A stretch of DNA of 62,625 nt, the filler included. It is 4 parts of 4 records of this genome, joined end to end, with 100 filler letters (N's around TTAATTAATTAA, not from the genome) between each part and the next. Parts side by side here need not be neighbours in the genome. Positions count along the whole stretch, not along the records: positions 1 to 31,924 come from SRR31156797_8400; 3 more parts are not named here. The stretch is one strand, 5' to 3'. Positions 19,584 to 30,145 of the stretch are shown here, piece after piece. The position numbers and the translations under genes were made by a program. Each line of letters starts with the position of its first letter. The first letter of the stretch is position 1. The notes beneath the pieces are model-generated. The model was given only the letters and a program-made list of their open reading frames with translations, was not told where the DNA came from and did not search any database.

Positions 19584-20683
19584 AAATTATAACTTCTTAT
19601 AAGAAAATAATATATATTTCTGTTAAAATTATATTATTGGCAGCTGTTATTTTTACATATTTTGCTGTAAATAGAGAAAAAGATTTCGGAATAGATGGTA
19701 ACTATGTATTAATTTATTCTAATGATCAATTCGGATTAGAGGAGTTTAGCATTGAAAAGAATCATATGTATTTTAATGATTATGAATTCCTAATAAGTAA
19801 AATTGATGATTCAGAATTTTCAATTAAATCATACAACGATCAGGTGAATCTATCGTCAATAGATAATGGCAGTAAGCTTAAGCTGGAATATAATAATAGT
19901 AATGCATTTTATATTAACACTAACTATTTCAATAATAAAGAATATTTTACATCTGATATTTATTGTGACCTTGAAAATAGCTCTATTTTAAAAATTATAG
20001 ATGAAAAGAGCCTGTTAAGAAAAGACATTAGCACAGATGATGCTCAAACACTGTATTATGATTTCTGTGATGATATTATTCGGCTAACAAATAAGGAAAG
20101 TTTAGATTATGAATATTATTATGTAAATAATGATAATGATATAGAAATGATTGATTTGAATGGTAATCCTAGATACTCCTATAAACCACCTATTAATGAG
20201 AATATTCTTACAAGTTATAATGATTTATTAGATAATAATGAAGTTTTTTTGTCAGATACAAATGAATTAAGAGTAATAGATTTTGATAATGTTAGCTTCG
20301 TTGTATTGGATGAGTGCAAACTTTATCAAATTGAATACGATGACGATATTGCAATAGTAAATAACGGACTAGAAAATTATTATTATTATAATACAGAAGC
20401 AGACAATATTAATATTACTGGCTGTTATGCAACGGATGATGCTAGAAATTTGCTGATACTGTCAGAAGGTGGCAGTGGTAATCTAACATTAGACAACAGG
20501 GGAATAAACTTTCAGTATGAAATATATAATAAGTATCTAAAATGTACGGATAGTGCTGGATATAATTTCTTAATCCTATATGAAATGAATAGCAATTTAC
20601 AGGGAATTACAATTGAAATTATTGATGGTGAAAATCAAGAGCCAATGGAGTTTATTAAACTAAATATTAGTGATATCAAATAG
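19580..20683 (+). CDS. Hypothetical membrane-anchored acidic protein
   Basis: 367-aa ORF, N-terminal TM, ATGA overlap with the deacetylase; no recognisable motif. Confidence 0.65.
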   Translation: MKIITSYKKIIYISVKIILLAAVIFTYFAVNREKDFGIDGNYVLIYSNDQFGLEEFSIEKNHMYFNDYEFLISKIDDSEFSIKSYNDQVNLSSIDNGSKLKLEYNNSNAFYINTNYFNNKEYFTSDIYCDLENSSILKIIDEKSLLRKDISTDDAQTLYYDFCDDIIRLTNKESLDYEYYYVNNDNDIEMIDLNGNPRYSYKPPINENILTSYNDLLDNNEVFLSDTNELRVIDFDNVSFVVLDECKLYQIEYDDDIAIVNNGLENYYYYNTEADNINITGCYATDDARNLLILSEGGSGNLTLDNRGINFQYEIYNKYLKCTDSAGYNFLILYEMNSNLQGITIEIIDGENQEPMEFIKLNISDIK

Positions 20684-20807
20684 AATATAATAAAAAAGTT
20701 TATTTTATCTAATAATTTACTAAAAATTTCAAATTATATACATATTCTATCGATGTTTTATGTTATTATTATGTTAACCGTGGTTATTTATTAAGGAGTA
20801 CAACAAA

Positions 20808-21692
20808 ATGATAAAGATTTTTACTGATTCAACCAGTTATATACCGAAAGTAATTCAAAAAAAACTTGATATTACAGTTTTGCCGCTTAGTGTATCGTTA
20901 GATAACAAGCATTTCTTAGAAACAGAAATCAGCAATACCGATTTTTTTAATTTAATGGATAATTCGGATAATTTTCCGAAATCAAGCCAACCCGAAACTG
21001 ACTTAATATATAAAAAATTTATGAATTCAGTTGAAAAAGGAGATACAATAGTTGGTATATTTATATCTTCCAAAATGAGCGGCACATATTCCACTTGCAA
21101 TCTTGCTAAGAATATGATACTTGAGAAGTATCCAGATGCTCAGATTCATCTAGTAGATTCAGAATCAAACTGCATGCAAATGGGTCTTGCTGTCGTTGCT
21201 GCTGCTTCTACTGCACAAAAAGGTGAAAGTATAGCTAATGTGCTAAACGCAGCTTACGATACAATGCGTCGCTCCAGATTCTTATTTATACCAAATACTT
21301 TAGCGTATCTTGAAAAGGGTGGTAGAATTGGTAAAGCTAGTGCGTTGATTGGAAGCGTATTAAACATCATACCAATTCTAACAGTAATAGAAGGTGAGAC
21401 CAGTACATTGCTAAAGGTAAGAACTCATAAAAAAGCTGTTGAAAAAATGCTTGCAACATTGAAAAAAGATATGGAAAATTTGAATCTTGATAAAATTATA
21501 GTATGTCATATTAATGCTTTGGATAAGGCGAAAAAACTACTGGATTCAATAAAAGGGATAACTGATATCATTCCTGAAATTTCTGATATTGGTCCTGTTA
21601 TTGGTGCACACGTAGGTCCAAAGACTATTGGAATCGTTTATAAAACAAAAAAGGTACACCCTTTGAATGCAAGTGTAACATTGCAAGCATAG
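20808..21692 (+). CDS. DegV family fatty-acid-binding protein
   Basis: IFTDST, PKSSQP, ISSKMSGT, YLEKGGRIG, IGAHVGP. Confidence 0.93.
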   Translation: MIKIFTDSTSYIPKVIQKKLDITVLPLSVSLDNKHFLETEISNTDFFNLMDNSDNFPKSSQPETDLIYKKFMNSVEKGDTIVGIFISSKMSGTYSTCNLAKNMILEKYPDAQIHLVDSESNCMQMGLAVVAAASTAQKGESIANVLNAAYDTMRRSRFLFIPNTLAYLEKGGRIGKASALIGSVLNIIPILTVIEGETSTLLKVRTHKKAVEKMLATLKKDMENLNLDKIIVCHINALDKAKKLLDSIKGITDIIPEISDIGPVIGAHVGPKTIGIVYKTKKVHPLNASVTLQA

Positions 21693-21767
21693 GAATATAT
21701 GATTTGATATATAATTTTTAGAATCTAAATTATGTATTGATTTCTATATTAAACTAGCATACTGTAT

Positions 21768-21797
21768 AAAAAAGGGACTGCTAACTGCAATCCCTTT
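21768..21797. terminator. Terminator between degV and the ABC operon
   Basis: AAAGGGACTGC...GCAATCCCTTT stem. Confidence 0.65.
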
Positions 21798-21823
21798 CTT
21801 GTAGTTTTTTGTTAATACAAATA

Positions 21824-23566
21824 TTACTCTATAACGATATCTTCAGCATCACCGAAAGCAGCTTCCCATTTGGCGATACGTTCGTCAATGATTGCTTGCC
21901 CGCCGCTGGCTAGATAGTCCTCCATACCTGCATCAAATACTGCATCAAAGTCTTCTACTGAAGCTGTAACAGCTTGGTTAAGTATTGTTGTTCTCTTCTC
22001 AGCAAGAGCTTCACCCATACCTTGTTCTGCCTCTATTTCTCCTACATATGCTGTGAAATTAGGTGTGTAGATAACTTTATAAGGTGTAAGATCGAGTGAC
22101 ATTTCAATATATTTTGGATCTATTCCTGGATATGTTGAGCCAGCCATGCTCTTTAATGTAGTCTCTTCGTCATCAAGCCACAGACCATTGATAAGAGTTG
22201 TATAGTCAATGTTTATAAATGCATTGATTCTATAGTCTCCTGTTGGGCTTAGAGATGCATAAGCACCATCTTCTGTTCTTTCGTGACCAATGCCTTCAGG
22301 TCCCATTTGTAGGAATATACGTGCTTCATCTGAGTGGATAAAGTCAAGATATAATAGAGAAGCTAAAGGTTCATCGTTTGTTGCTGGGAAGAATACTTTC
22401 CTATCAACAGGAACGCCCATGTATTTAACATAATCTCCGTCTTCATTAGGGAAAGTTGTAATAGGTATATATGCTGCACTGTCGTCACCCAATGTTTGCT
22501 GCATCTGACCCATTAGTCCTTCTAAGCCGTTCTGATATGGAGCGTTTGAGTTTTGTGCGAAAGCACCTACGTAACCATTCTTAGTCAATGCACTCATTTC
22601 ATCACTGCTTGATTCATAAAGTGAGAAATCACTGAATGTAAGACCTTCGTTGTACCATTTATTAAATACTCTTACAGCTTCCTTATAATTAGGCATTGTG
22701 AAATCACGGTCGTCAAAGCTATATGCGAAATATGTCTTCATACTCATATCTGATGGGTAGAAAGATGGAGCAAGGTCTTTTGTTCCCCAGCCTAAATCTC
22801 TTGTTAACAGATATGGAACTATATTGTCAGCATCGTCGCCAAGAAGTAGTTCTGCATTATCTTTGAATGCATACAATACAGCTTCGAATTCTTCTAGTGT
22901 TGTAGGTACATCTAAGTCAAGTTTATTTAGCCAGTCTTCACGGATAAATGTTACTTGCCCAGTACGGTGGTATACACGCCCTTCGATTGCCCATAGTTCT
23001 CCGTCTAGTGTTTGGTCATAATATACATTCTCTTCAGTTGCTATTTCGAATATATTGTCAAGATAAGGTTTATATTCTTCAATTAATGGAGCAAGGTCTG
23101 TTACACCACCCATTTGTGCATATGTATAAATTGTAGGATAGTCATATGTAACACAAATATCAGGAGCGTCATTACTTGCAAGCATGTTGTTGAGCATATC
23201 AACCTCAGACCAACGTGGGATTAGAACAAACTCAACCTCAATATTATACTTTTCAAGCATATTTTCACGTATATAGTCTGCATATGGGTTTTGGTCAGGG
23301 AAGGTTTTACCATCATCCTGTCCACGGTCATAAAGTTCAACAGTGATTTTACGAGTTTCATCAAATCTACCATTTGTGAATCCTTCAATCGCATTTTCGT
23401 CAACGACTTCTTCAGTTGGTTCCTCAACGGTTTCTGTTTTTTCGGTAGTTGTAGTTGGTTCTTTTACCTCTTCTTCCTTCTCACAAGCGGTTAGTATCAA
23501 AGTGAATACCATAATTACCGCAAGTACAAGAAATAGCATTTTCTTAGTTGTCTTCTTAGTTACCAT
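21824..23566 (-). CDS. Carbohydrate ABC transporter substrate-binding lipoprotein (LplA-like)
   Basis: Lipobox LTAC; IREDWLNKL..PTTLEEF motif; follows two permeases. Confidence 0.88.
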   Translation of the reverse strand: MVTKKTTKKMLFLVLAVIMVFTLILTACEKEEEVKEPTTTTEKTETVEEPTEEVVDENAIEGFTNGRFDETRKITVELYDRGQDDGKTFPDQNPYADYIRENMLEKYNIEVEFVLIPRWSEVDMLNNMLASNDAPDICVTYDYPTIYTYAQMGGVTDLAPLIEEYKPYLDNIFEIATEENVYYDQTLDGELWAIEGRVYHRTGQVTFIREDWLNKLDLDVPTTLEEFEAVLYAFKDNAELLLGDDADNIVPYLLTRDLGWGTKDLAPSFYPSDMSMKTYFAYSFDDRDFTMPNYKEAVRVFNKWYNEGLTFSDFSLYESSSDEMSALTKNGYVGAFAQNSNAPYQNGLEGLMGQMQQTLGDDSAAYIPITTFPNEDGDYVKYMGVPVDRKVFFPATNDEPLASLLYLDFIHSDEARIFLQMGPEGIGHERTEDGAYASLSPTGDYRINAFINIDYTTLINGLWLDDEETTLKSMAGSTYPGIDPKYIEMSLDLTPYKVIYTPNFTAYVGEIEAEQGMGEALAEKRTTILNQAVTASVEDFDAVFDAGMEDYLASGGQAIIDERIAKWEAAFGDAEDIVIE

Positions 23567-23645
23567 TTCATGCCTCCAATCTATGTTCTTTATTGTTTAT
23601 TATTATGGGGTTAAAGCTTGCACTTAATCTATTAAGGAATATAAA

Positions 23646-24560
23646 TTATCCTTTGATAGCTCCAAGAGTAACTCCCGCAATAAAATGTTTCTGTAGGAAT
23701 GGATAAACCATCATAATTGGTACTGTAGCAAACATAACAGTAGCAGCTTTGATTGAGACCGAAACGCCAGTTGACAAAACTCCTCCTTCTTTTGTCACAT
23801 CTACACTGGATATACTTTGCAGAATATTATAGAGATGAAGTTGAATAGGATGGTATTCCTGCGATCTGACCAAAAACATCAGAGCATCAGTATATCCATT
23901 CCAACGACCAACTGCATAAAACAATGCTAGTGTTGCAAAAACTGGCTTTGATAAAGGCAGATATATCATTATTAGTGTGCGTATAGGTCCTGCACCATCA
24001 ATTTCAGCAGCCTCTTTTAGACTCGATGGGATACCGAAGAAATAACTTTTCATGATAATCATATTAAACACACTGAGACAGCTTGGAACAATCAGTACCA
24101 ATGGATTCTCCAGAAGTCCTAAATCCTTATAAAGCAGGTAGTGAGGAATCAGACCAGCGTTAAAATACATAGTAAATATAATAAAGGTATTTATTATACG
24201 TTTCCCTTTAAGTTTTTCATATATAAGCGGAAAGGCACATAGTGTCGTCATTGTCATAGATACAATTACACATATAAAAGTAAGAATTATTGTCCAAATC
24301 AATGAACGAACATAACGCTCATCAGTCAGTACGTATTTATATGCATCTAGATTAATGCCTTTTGGGAATAGTCCTACTTCATTTCGCTGCAGTGATTGAG
24401 CATCACTTAATGAACGAGATAGAATATTTAGAATAGGTAAAATACAAACCAAAATTACAATTATACATAATGCAACCATTAAATAATCTATAAAATTACC
24501 AGTTGATTTTTTGGTTTTTTTTACTTTTTTAGCAACCTTATTATCTATTTTTTTATCCAT
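23646..24560 (-). CDS. Carbohydrate ABC transporter permease (LplC-like)
   Basis: SLKEAAEIDGA EAA loop, YAVGRWN, YPFLQKHF..G...GAIKG. Confidence 0.92.
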   Translation of the reverse strand: MDKKIDNKVAKKVKKTKKSTGNFIDYLMVALCIIVILVCILPILNILSRSLSDAQSLQRNEVGLFPKGINLDAYKYVLTDERYVRSLIWTIILTFICVIVSMTMTTLCAFPLIYEKLKGKRIINTFIIFTMYFNAGLIPHYLLYKDLGLLENPLVLIVPSCLSVFNMIIMKSYFFGIPSSLKEAAEIDGAGPIRTLIMIYLPLSKPVFATLALFYAVGRWNGYTDALMFLVRSQEYHPIQLHLYNILQSISSVDVTKEGGVLSTGVSVSIKAATVMFATVPIMMVYPFLQKHFIAGVTLGAIKG

Positions 24561-24561
24561 T

Positions 24562-25512
24562 TTATAGAACTCCTCTTTCACCCCAGCGCTGTGCAAGAGC
24601 GTTTGCAATATATAGGAAAATAATACATATAACAGATTGGAACAAACCTACAGCAGTAGTTAGTGAGAACTGAAGGCTGCGAATACCGTATCTGTAAACA
24701 AAAATCGAAATAACATCTGAAACTTCTGCAACTAAAGGATTGCGCAGAGCAAACGGACGCTCAAATTCACTGCCTAATATACGTCCCATACTTAAGATTA
24801 AGAGTACAACGATAGTAGGGCGAATGCCTGGTAGGGTAACGTGCCATATTTTTCTAAAACGTCCTGCACCGTCAATTTCAGCAGCTTCGTAGAGCTCTGG
24901 ATTTATTGCAGTCATAGCTGCAAGATATATTATGGTGCCCCAGCCGGCATTTTTCCAAATGCCTAAGAATACGTAGGTTCCTATCCAGTGTTTTGATTCG
25001 TTCATAAATGGTATTGGTTCAATACCGTGATTTGCTAGAAATACGTTTATAAGACCTGTGGAAGGTGCAAAAAGCTGTATAGCTAAACCGTATATAATTA
25101 CCCACGAAAGGAAATGAGGCATATATGCAATAGTCTGAGTAACACGTTTGAATCTATTATAAGGAATTTCGTTTAGCAAAATTGCTAGAATAATTGGTGC
25201 TGGGAATCCTAGTAATAGGTCTAGGAAATTCAGTGTAAGTGTATTTCGAATGGCATGCAGAAAATCTCTGTTAGAAAATGCTTTTATGAAATATTCAAAT
25301 CCATTATTGTCTGCCCATTCCATTGCCCAAACACTTTTAAACAAGTTGTATTTTTTAAATGCGATTTGTATATACGTCATAGGAATATATTTGAAAACAA
25401 TAAAATAAGCTACAGGTATAGCCAACATTAGATATAGAGTCCAATATCGGCGCATATAGTTTTTAAATGAAGGTTTATTGCCTTTTTTCGATTTACGATT
25501 TTCTTTTTTCAT
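24562..25512 (-). CDS. Carbohydrate ABC transporter permease (LplB-like)
   Basis: YMPHFLSWV, LYEAAEIDGA, AVGLFQS. Confidence 0.92.
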   Translation of the reverse strand: MKKENRKSKKGNKPSFKNYMRRYWTLYLMLAIPVAYFIVFKYIPMTYIQIAFKKYNLFKSVWAMEWADNNGFEYFIKAFSNRDFLHAIRNTLTLNFLDLLLGFPAPIILAILLNEIPYNRFKRVTQTIAYMPHFLSWVIIYGLAIQLFAPSTGLINVFLANHGIEPIPFMNESKHWIGTYVFLGIWKNAGWGTIIYLAAMTAINPELYEAAEIDGAGRFRKIWHVTLPGIRPTIVVLLILSMGRILGSEFERPFALRNPLVAEVSDVISIFVYRYGIRSLQFSLTTAVGLFQSVICIIFLYIANALAQRWGERGVL

Positions 25513-25525
25513 TATACTTCCTTTC

Positions 25526-27475
25526 CTATTCATACATTTTTCTGCATTTTTTATCTGCTATACCTGTTTTACGAAGGAAATAAGTGTTTACTACATCCCT
25601 CCATTCCTTAGCGTTTGTTAGCTGTAGATATAACCGTTCCAAAACCGATTTATAGGCACTTTTCGGCAAAAATGTCTCAAGAGATTTCCAAGTCTCAATA
25701 AATCTTTTTACATCTTCAACACCTTCATATCGTGAGTCGTATATGTGCTGAATAACAGTCTTTCCGCTTTTTAATGTATAATCATATGGAAGACGATGGA
25801 AAAACAACAATAGATTTTCAGGACAAGTTCTTTTGTCGTTATATATTGCAGCAATATATTGATTATACTGTTTAGTAAAACCTGTACCTTTGTACGTTCT
25901 ATCCACACCTATAGCTTTATAATCTGCTCTGTGATATGTACCCCATTTGGAGTATTCATAGCCATCAACACTAGGTCCATAATGGTTAAAAATGTTTACC
26001 ATCCAACCAATTCCTAAAGGTGATGTGTATTTTTCATAAACCTCTCTGGATTCGAGCATCATTTTGAATAGAGGCTCTAAATCTTTATTTTTACCAAAGG
26101 TTAATTCAATCCATTCTTCAATTATTATTTTTGCAGTAAGTTTAGGATTCCAAGCAAGTCTTCCGAACGCAAACAGATTGCATTGTGCTAATGTGTTCCC
26201 AGTCCAGTTGTCATCATCGCCTATATTTGAAACGGCAGCAATGCTGGTTATTTCGTTTCCTATAAGATCATGCAGTAATTTCTTATCAGATAGTGGTGAA
26301 GCAAACGTTTCTTCCCACTGTACAGCAAGTGTATACAGGTCTATCTGTTGACCAGTATATTCCTGAGTAATTTGGAATTCTATACTTTGATGTGTATGCT
26401 TCATTGATCCAAAAAGCGGTGATAGCGGTTCTCTCACCTGAAAATCTACTGGTCCATTTTTTATCTGTAAAATAACGTTATCGCTAAACAAACCATCAAA
26501 TGGATAAAAATGTTCATATGCCGCCATAGGTCGGTCAGTTTTTGTGTCTCGCCAATCTTGAAGACAATTATACACAAAGCATCGCCAATATAGGATACCT
26601 CCATATGGTTTAAGAGCTTTCGCAATGGTACTGGCACCATCAGCTGATGTTCTACCAAGAACTGCAGGACCATGCTGGTGTTCAGAATCAGCTTTTATTA
26701 ACAATCCTGCAAAATCAGGTATATACTCATATATTTTAGCAACAGCATCTTTCCACCATTTAATAACTTTTTCATCTTTAGGATCAGAAGAAGGTAAATT
26801 ACCCAATATCACCGGACTGTCAAAGCTGACAGAAAGTATCAGCCGTATTCCAAATGGTCTAAATATATCTGAAAGTTTAGCAACTTCAGGCAACATCTCC
26901 GATGTAATAAGCTTTGTACTTTGTTTTGTTATATTGACATTGTTAATAGAAATCTGGTTTATTCCTATGGATGCCAGCATACGTGCATAATCACGAATCC
27001 TATTTTCTTCGTAATTGAAAGTGTTGTCTTTAAAGAAAATCGAATTGCCTGCGTATCCCCGCTCAATATTACCAGTCATATTATCCCAATGATTTATAAC
27101 CCTCTGCTTTAATAGTGGAGAGCTTTCAATTTGGATAGATGATGGGTTACATCCTTGTGAAAGTTTCATAAGGAATCTATATACTCCATATAAGATACCG
27201 TTTGAATCTGCACCAATAATATCTGCAACGCCTTCTTTGCCAACTATTTTAAATCCTTCGGCTGGCATTGAGGTATCTTCCTTTATGTTTACGGTAAATT
27301 CTTTTGTGCCTTTAACAATATTGTGGTTATTTATTCGCTCAATACCCAAAAGCAGCTCTTGAGCAATAAATTCGCTTACTCCATCACTAAGGTTAAGCTT
27401 GACATTTTCTATTGCAAACCCCTGTCCAGGCTGAAGCCAAGTATAATATTGTTTATATTTACTATTAATTCCCAT
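25526..27475 (-). CDS. aguA: Alpha-glucuronidase (GH67)
   Basis: NHWDN..G.IERGYAG, KADSE, IKNGPVDFQVREP, EFQITQEYTGQ, LLLFFH. Confidence 0.93.
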   Translation of the reverse strand: MGINSKYKQYYTWLQPGQGFAIENVKLNLSDGVSEFIAQELLLGIERINNHNIVKGTKEFTVNIKEDTSMPAEGFKIVGKEGVADIIGADSNGILYGVYRFLMKLSQGCNPSSIQIESSPLLKQRVINHWDNMTGNIERGYAGNSIFFKDNTFNYEENRIRDYARMLASIGINQISINNVNITKQSTKLITSEMLPEVAKLSDIFRPFGIRLILSVSFDSPVILGNLPSSDPKDEKVIKWWKDAVAKIYEYIPDFAGLLIKADSEHQHGPAVLGRTSADGASTIAKALKPYGGILYWRCFVYNCLQDWRDTKTDRPMAAYEHFYPFDGLFSDNVILQIKNGPVDFQVREPLSPLFGSMKHTHQSIEFQITQEYTGQQIDLYTLAVQWEETFASPLSDKKLLHDLIGNEITSIAAVSNIGDDDNWTGNTLAQCNLFAFGRLAWNPKLTAKIIIEEWIELTFGKNKDLEPLFKMMLESREVYEKYTSPLGIGWMVNIFNHYGPSVDGYEYSKWGTYHRADYKAIGVDRTYKGTGFTKQYNQYIAAIYNDKRTCPENLLLFFHRLPYDYTLKSGKTVIQHIYDSRYEGVEDVKRFIETWKSLETFLPKSAYKSVLERLYLQLTNAKEWRDVVNTYFLRKTGIADKKCRKMYE

Positions 27476-28040
27476 GTTCCCCCTCGAAACTATTGACTTT
27501 TTACTTACATACACAATATATAATATGATATGTCAATAATTGCTTTTTATAAGCTACATTTTAATACTATCATTTTATAAATATAATAAAATAGATAAAC
27601 TGTTGAATATTTATAATTATTGTGGGTATAAACCATAATTTTTAATAATTGCAATTTATTATATATGTATATATACAATAAATTAGTGGTTAGATAATAA
27701 ATGATACTAAAAAAATAATTTAAAAAATGTATTACTAATAGTAAAAAAATTAAACAAAAACAAATATTCGTTTATAACAAAAGAGAATTTTGCAAAAATT
27801 GATGGTAAAGTTTTGATTTTATGTTAAATCAATGGTATGTCATAATACAAATAGTACACAGTAAAATACAAGCTAATCCTAACAATGGTTTAAAATACAT
27901 ATAAATACAATAATGTTCACTTTAGTATTGCCTTATGATATAATGTAAATAAATACGTTGAGTCTAACAAAACAGTAAAATTATAAATTAGTAATATACA
28001 GTATAATGTATAAAATCAAAAATATTTATTTGGGGTAATA

Positions 28041-28838
28041 ATGAAATACGAAGTGTATAATGATATGGTAGTAGGAATTGAGTATTTTAACCATAGAATT
28101 ACTTCACCTACTTGGGTCATAGAGGAATCACATATTGATTTTGTAGATGTTACCTATTTTGTCCAAGGAAAGGCTGAATACTGTATTAACTCCGTAAACT
28201 ATCTTGTTGAAGCTGGTGATTTATTATGTATTCCAAAAGGGTCTATTCGTTCAGCCGGCGTATTTCGGGATGTAACTATGGAATGCTACTGTGTAAACGG
28301 TAAGATAGGTTTGCTGGATGGCAGGGATGTTGCCCTACCTTTTCCGCTCATAAGTCATATAGGAATTTATACGGATATAATAGATTTATACCGTGAACTT
28401 AATGCAGAATGGTTGTCTCGAGATTCAGGATACGGAATGAGCGTACGTGCTACATGGCTTATGATACTACAGAGATATTTCCAGTTGATGATTTATAAAA
28501 ATAATCCCAATACTGTTGACAATCGAATAAGAAAAGTTTTACGGTATGTTATAGATCACTATGCAGATCCTCTTTCTGTTGATAACATGTCCAAGCTTGT
28601 TGGACTTAGTCCGTGGTATTTCGGTAATTTCTTCAAAAAGGAAACTGGTATTACTTTTCGTAAATACTTAACCTCAATAAGGCTTAATCGTGCAGAGGAT
28701 ATGCTTAGAAGCGGTGAGTTTACAGTTAGTGAAGTAGCTGAAACCTGCGGATTTTCAAACATTTTTTACTTTTGCAAAGTGTTTAAAGAAAATCGCGGCG
28801 TTACCCCATCAAATGTAATTCGCTTTGGTAATAAATAA
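28041..28838 (+). CDS. AraC family regulator, divergent from the aguA operon
   Basis: Cupin N-terminus; FKKETG, VAETCGF..IFYFCKVFK..G.TP HTH. Confidence 0.92.
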   Translation: MKYEVYNDMVVGIEYFNHRITSPTWVIEESHIDFVDVTYFVQGKAEYCINSVNYLVEAGDLLCIPKGSIRSAGVFRDVTMECYCVNGKIGLLDGRDVALPFPLISHIGIYTDIIDLYRELNAEWLSRDSGYGMSVRATWLMILQRYFQLMIYKNNPNTVDNRIRKVLRYVIDHYADPLSVDNMSKLVGLSPWYFGNFFKKETGITFRKYLTSIRLNRAEDMLRSGEFTVSEVAETCGFSNIFYFCKVFKENRGVTPSNVIRFGNK

Positions 28839-28924
28839 TTTAATGAACAAGACACTAAATTCTGTTAATAATAAGAGGGTAGGGTTGTGTGCTTTTTACA
28901 TAATTATTTTTTGATCAATTTTTT

Positions 28925-29827
28925 CTAATGCATTAAGTACTTTATATATATTTTTTTATCAGGTAAGCGTAAACGTATAGAATTTTTATTAAGATTTATG
29001 AAGTCCTTTCCAGATATGACTTTGATATTATGTTTCATCATTTCTTTTGCTAAATCTACTTTAAAATTTTTATGCATAACTAAGCATATTGGCGTAGAAT
29101 AAGATGTTTGCATAATTGATAGTTTCCGCCAGGGTTTCATTATCACGTGCCTTATTAATGTTTCATACTGCTCAATAGTTATATTTATATATTGCATATC
29201 ACCAGGTTTTTCGACCTCAAATTCCCGTATGCAAGATGGTGTAAGCTTAGACTCTAAGTTGGCATATTTAAAATCTGCACCAAAAATTATATCTTCTACT
29301 TCTGAACATAAGATATCCCTTGACTCTTCCAGATACTTTGCGAACATTAAATCACCTACAGCACTTAGCCTATACTTTTTTTGGCTAACAAAATTAGGAT
29401 TCTTGAATGATTGCTTACATTTTCTAAATGATTGAAAATGCTTCTTCTGATTGCTTCCTCGCCATGGATTAATAATCGGATTTTCAGTTTTATGCAGCCA
29501 GTAAGCTACGAATTTCAGATTATTTGAATCCAATGGTAATGCCATTACATCATAAACAAACTCATTTATATTTTTTCTAATCTGTCTGTTGGACAATTCT
29601 TTCTGTGCTTGAATGCTTATAATGGTACAGGCATGCTCCATTGCAATCTTTTCGTAGGCTGTTAGTTTATAATCTTTGTAAAAGTAAGCAGTAGACAAGA
29701 TTTCAACACCTTCATTCAGATATTCATAATTGGGTATTTCACCTTGGGTAACACCTGTTACTACTCTGTCAAAACCTTCCTTACCAGCTAGCAAGACCAT
29801 TTCACTAAACAGTGGTAAATCCAGCAT
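28925..29827 (-). pseudogene. Mosaic remnant: PucR-type regulator pieces + CapA-like piece + PLP-aminotransferase C-terminus
   Basis: LLAGKEGFDRVVTGV (PucR N-term), AMEHACTII (PucR middle), LSAVGDLMF..ANLES (CapA-like), VISGKDF...SIRL (aminotransferase tail); every piece is truncated. Confidence 0.6.
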
Positions 29828-30145
29828 TATTCTTACTGTCAGAGCATAAATGGATACAAACTCCCTTCAACTGCTCAAGATTCAAACCAGATTAATAACG
29901 AAATCCTACAAATTTGGAAATTGTGTGTTTATCTGTTGTTTATAATATTCTACCACGTTTTTGTTTTTTAAGAAAATTATTTGAATTAGTGGTTTGGTTC
30001 GTAAGCTCTCAATTATTATCAGATTTTTCACTATTTTAATTCTTATGTTTGAGACGGTAAAAATTAGTCGAGATCTTAGGAGTAAATATTATTTTTCAAA
30101 AAAGCAGCCGTATAAATACCACAAAAAAATTTACAAATTTTATTT

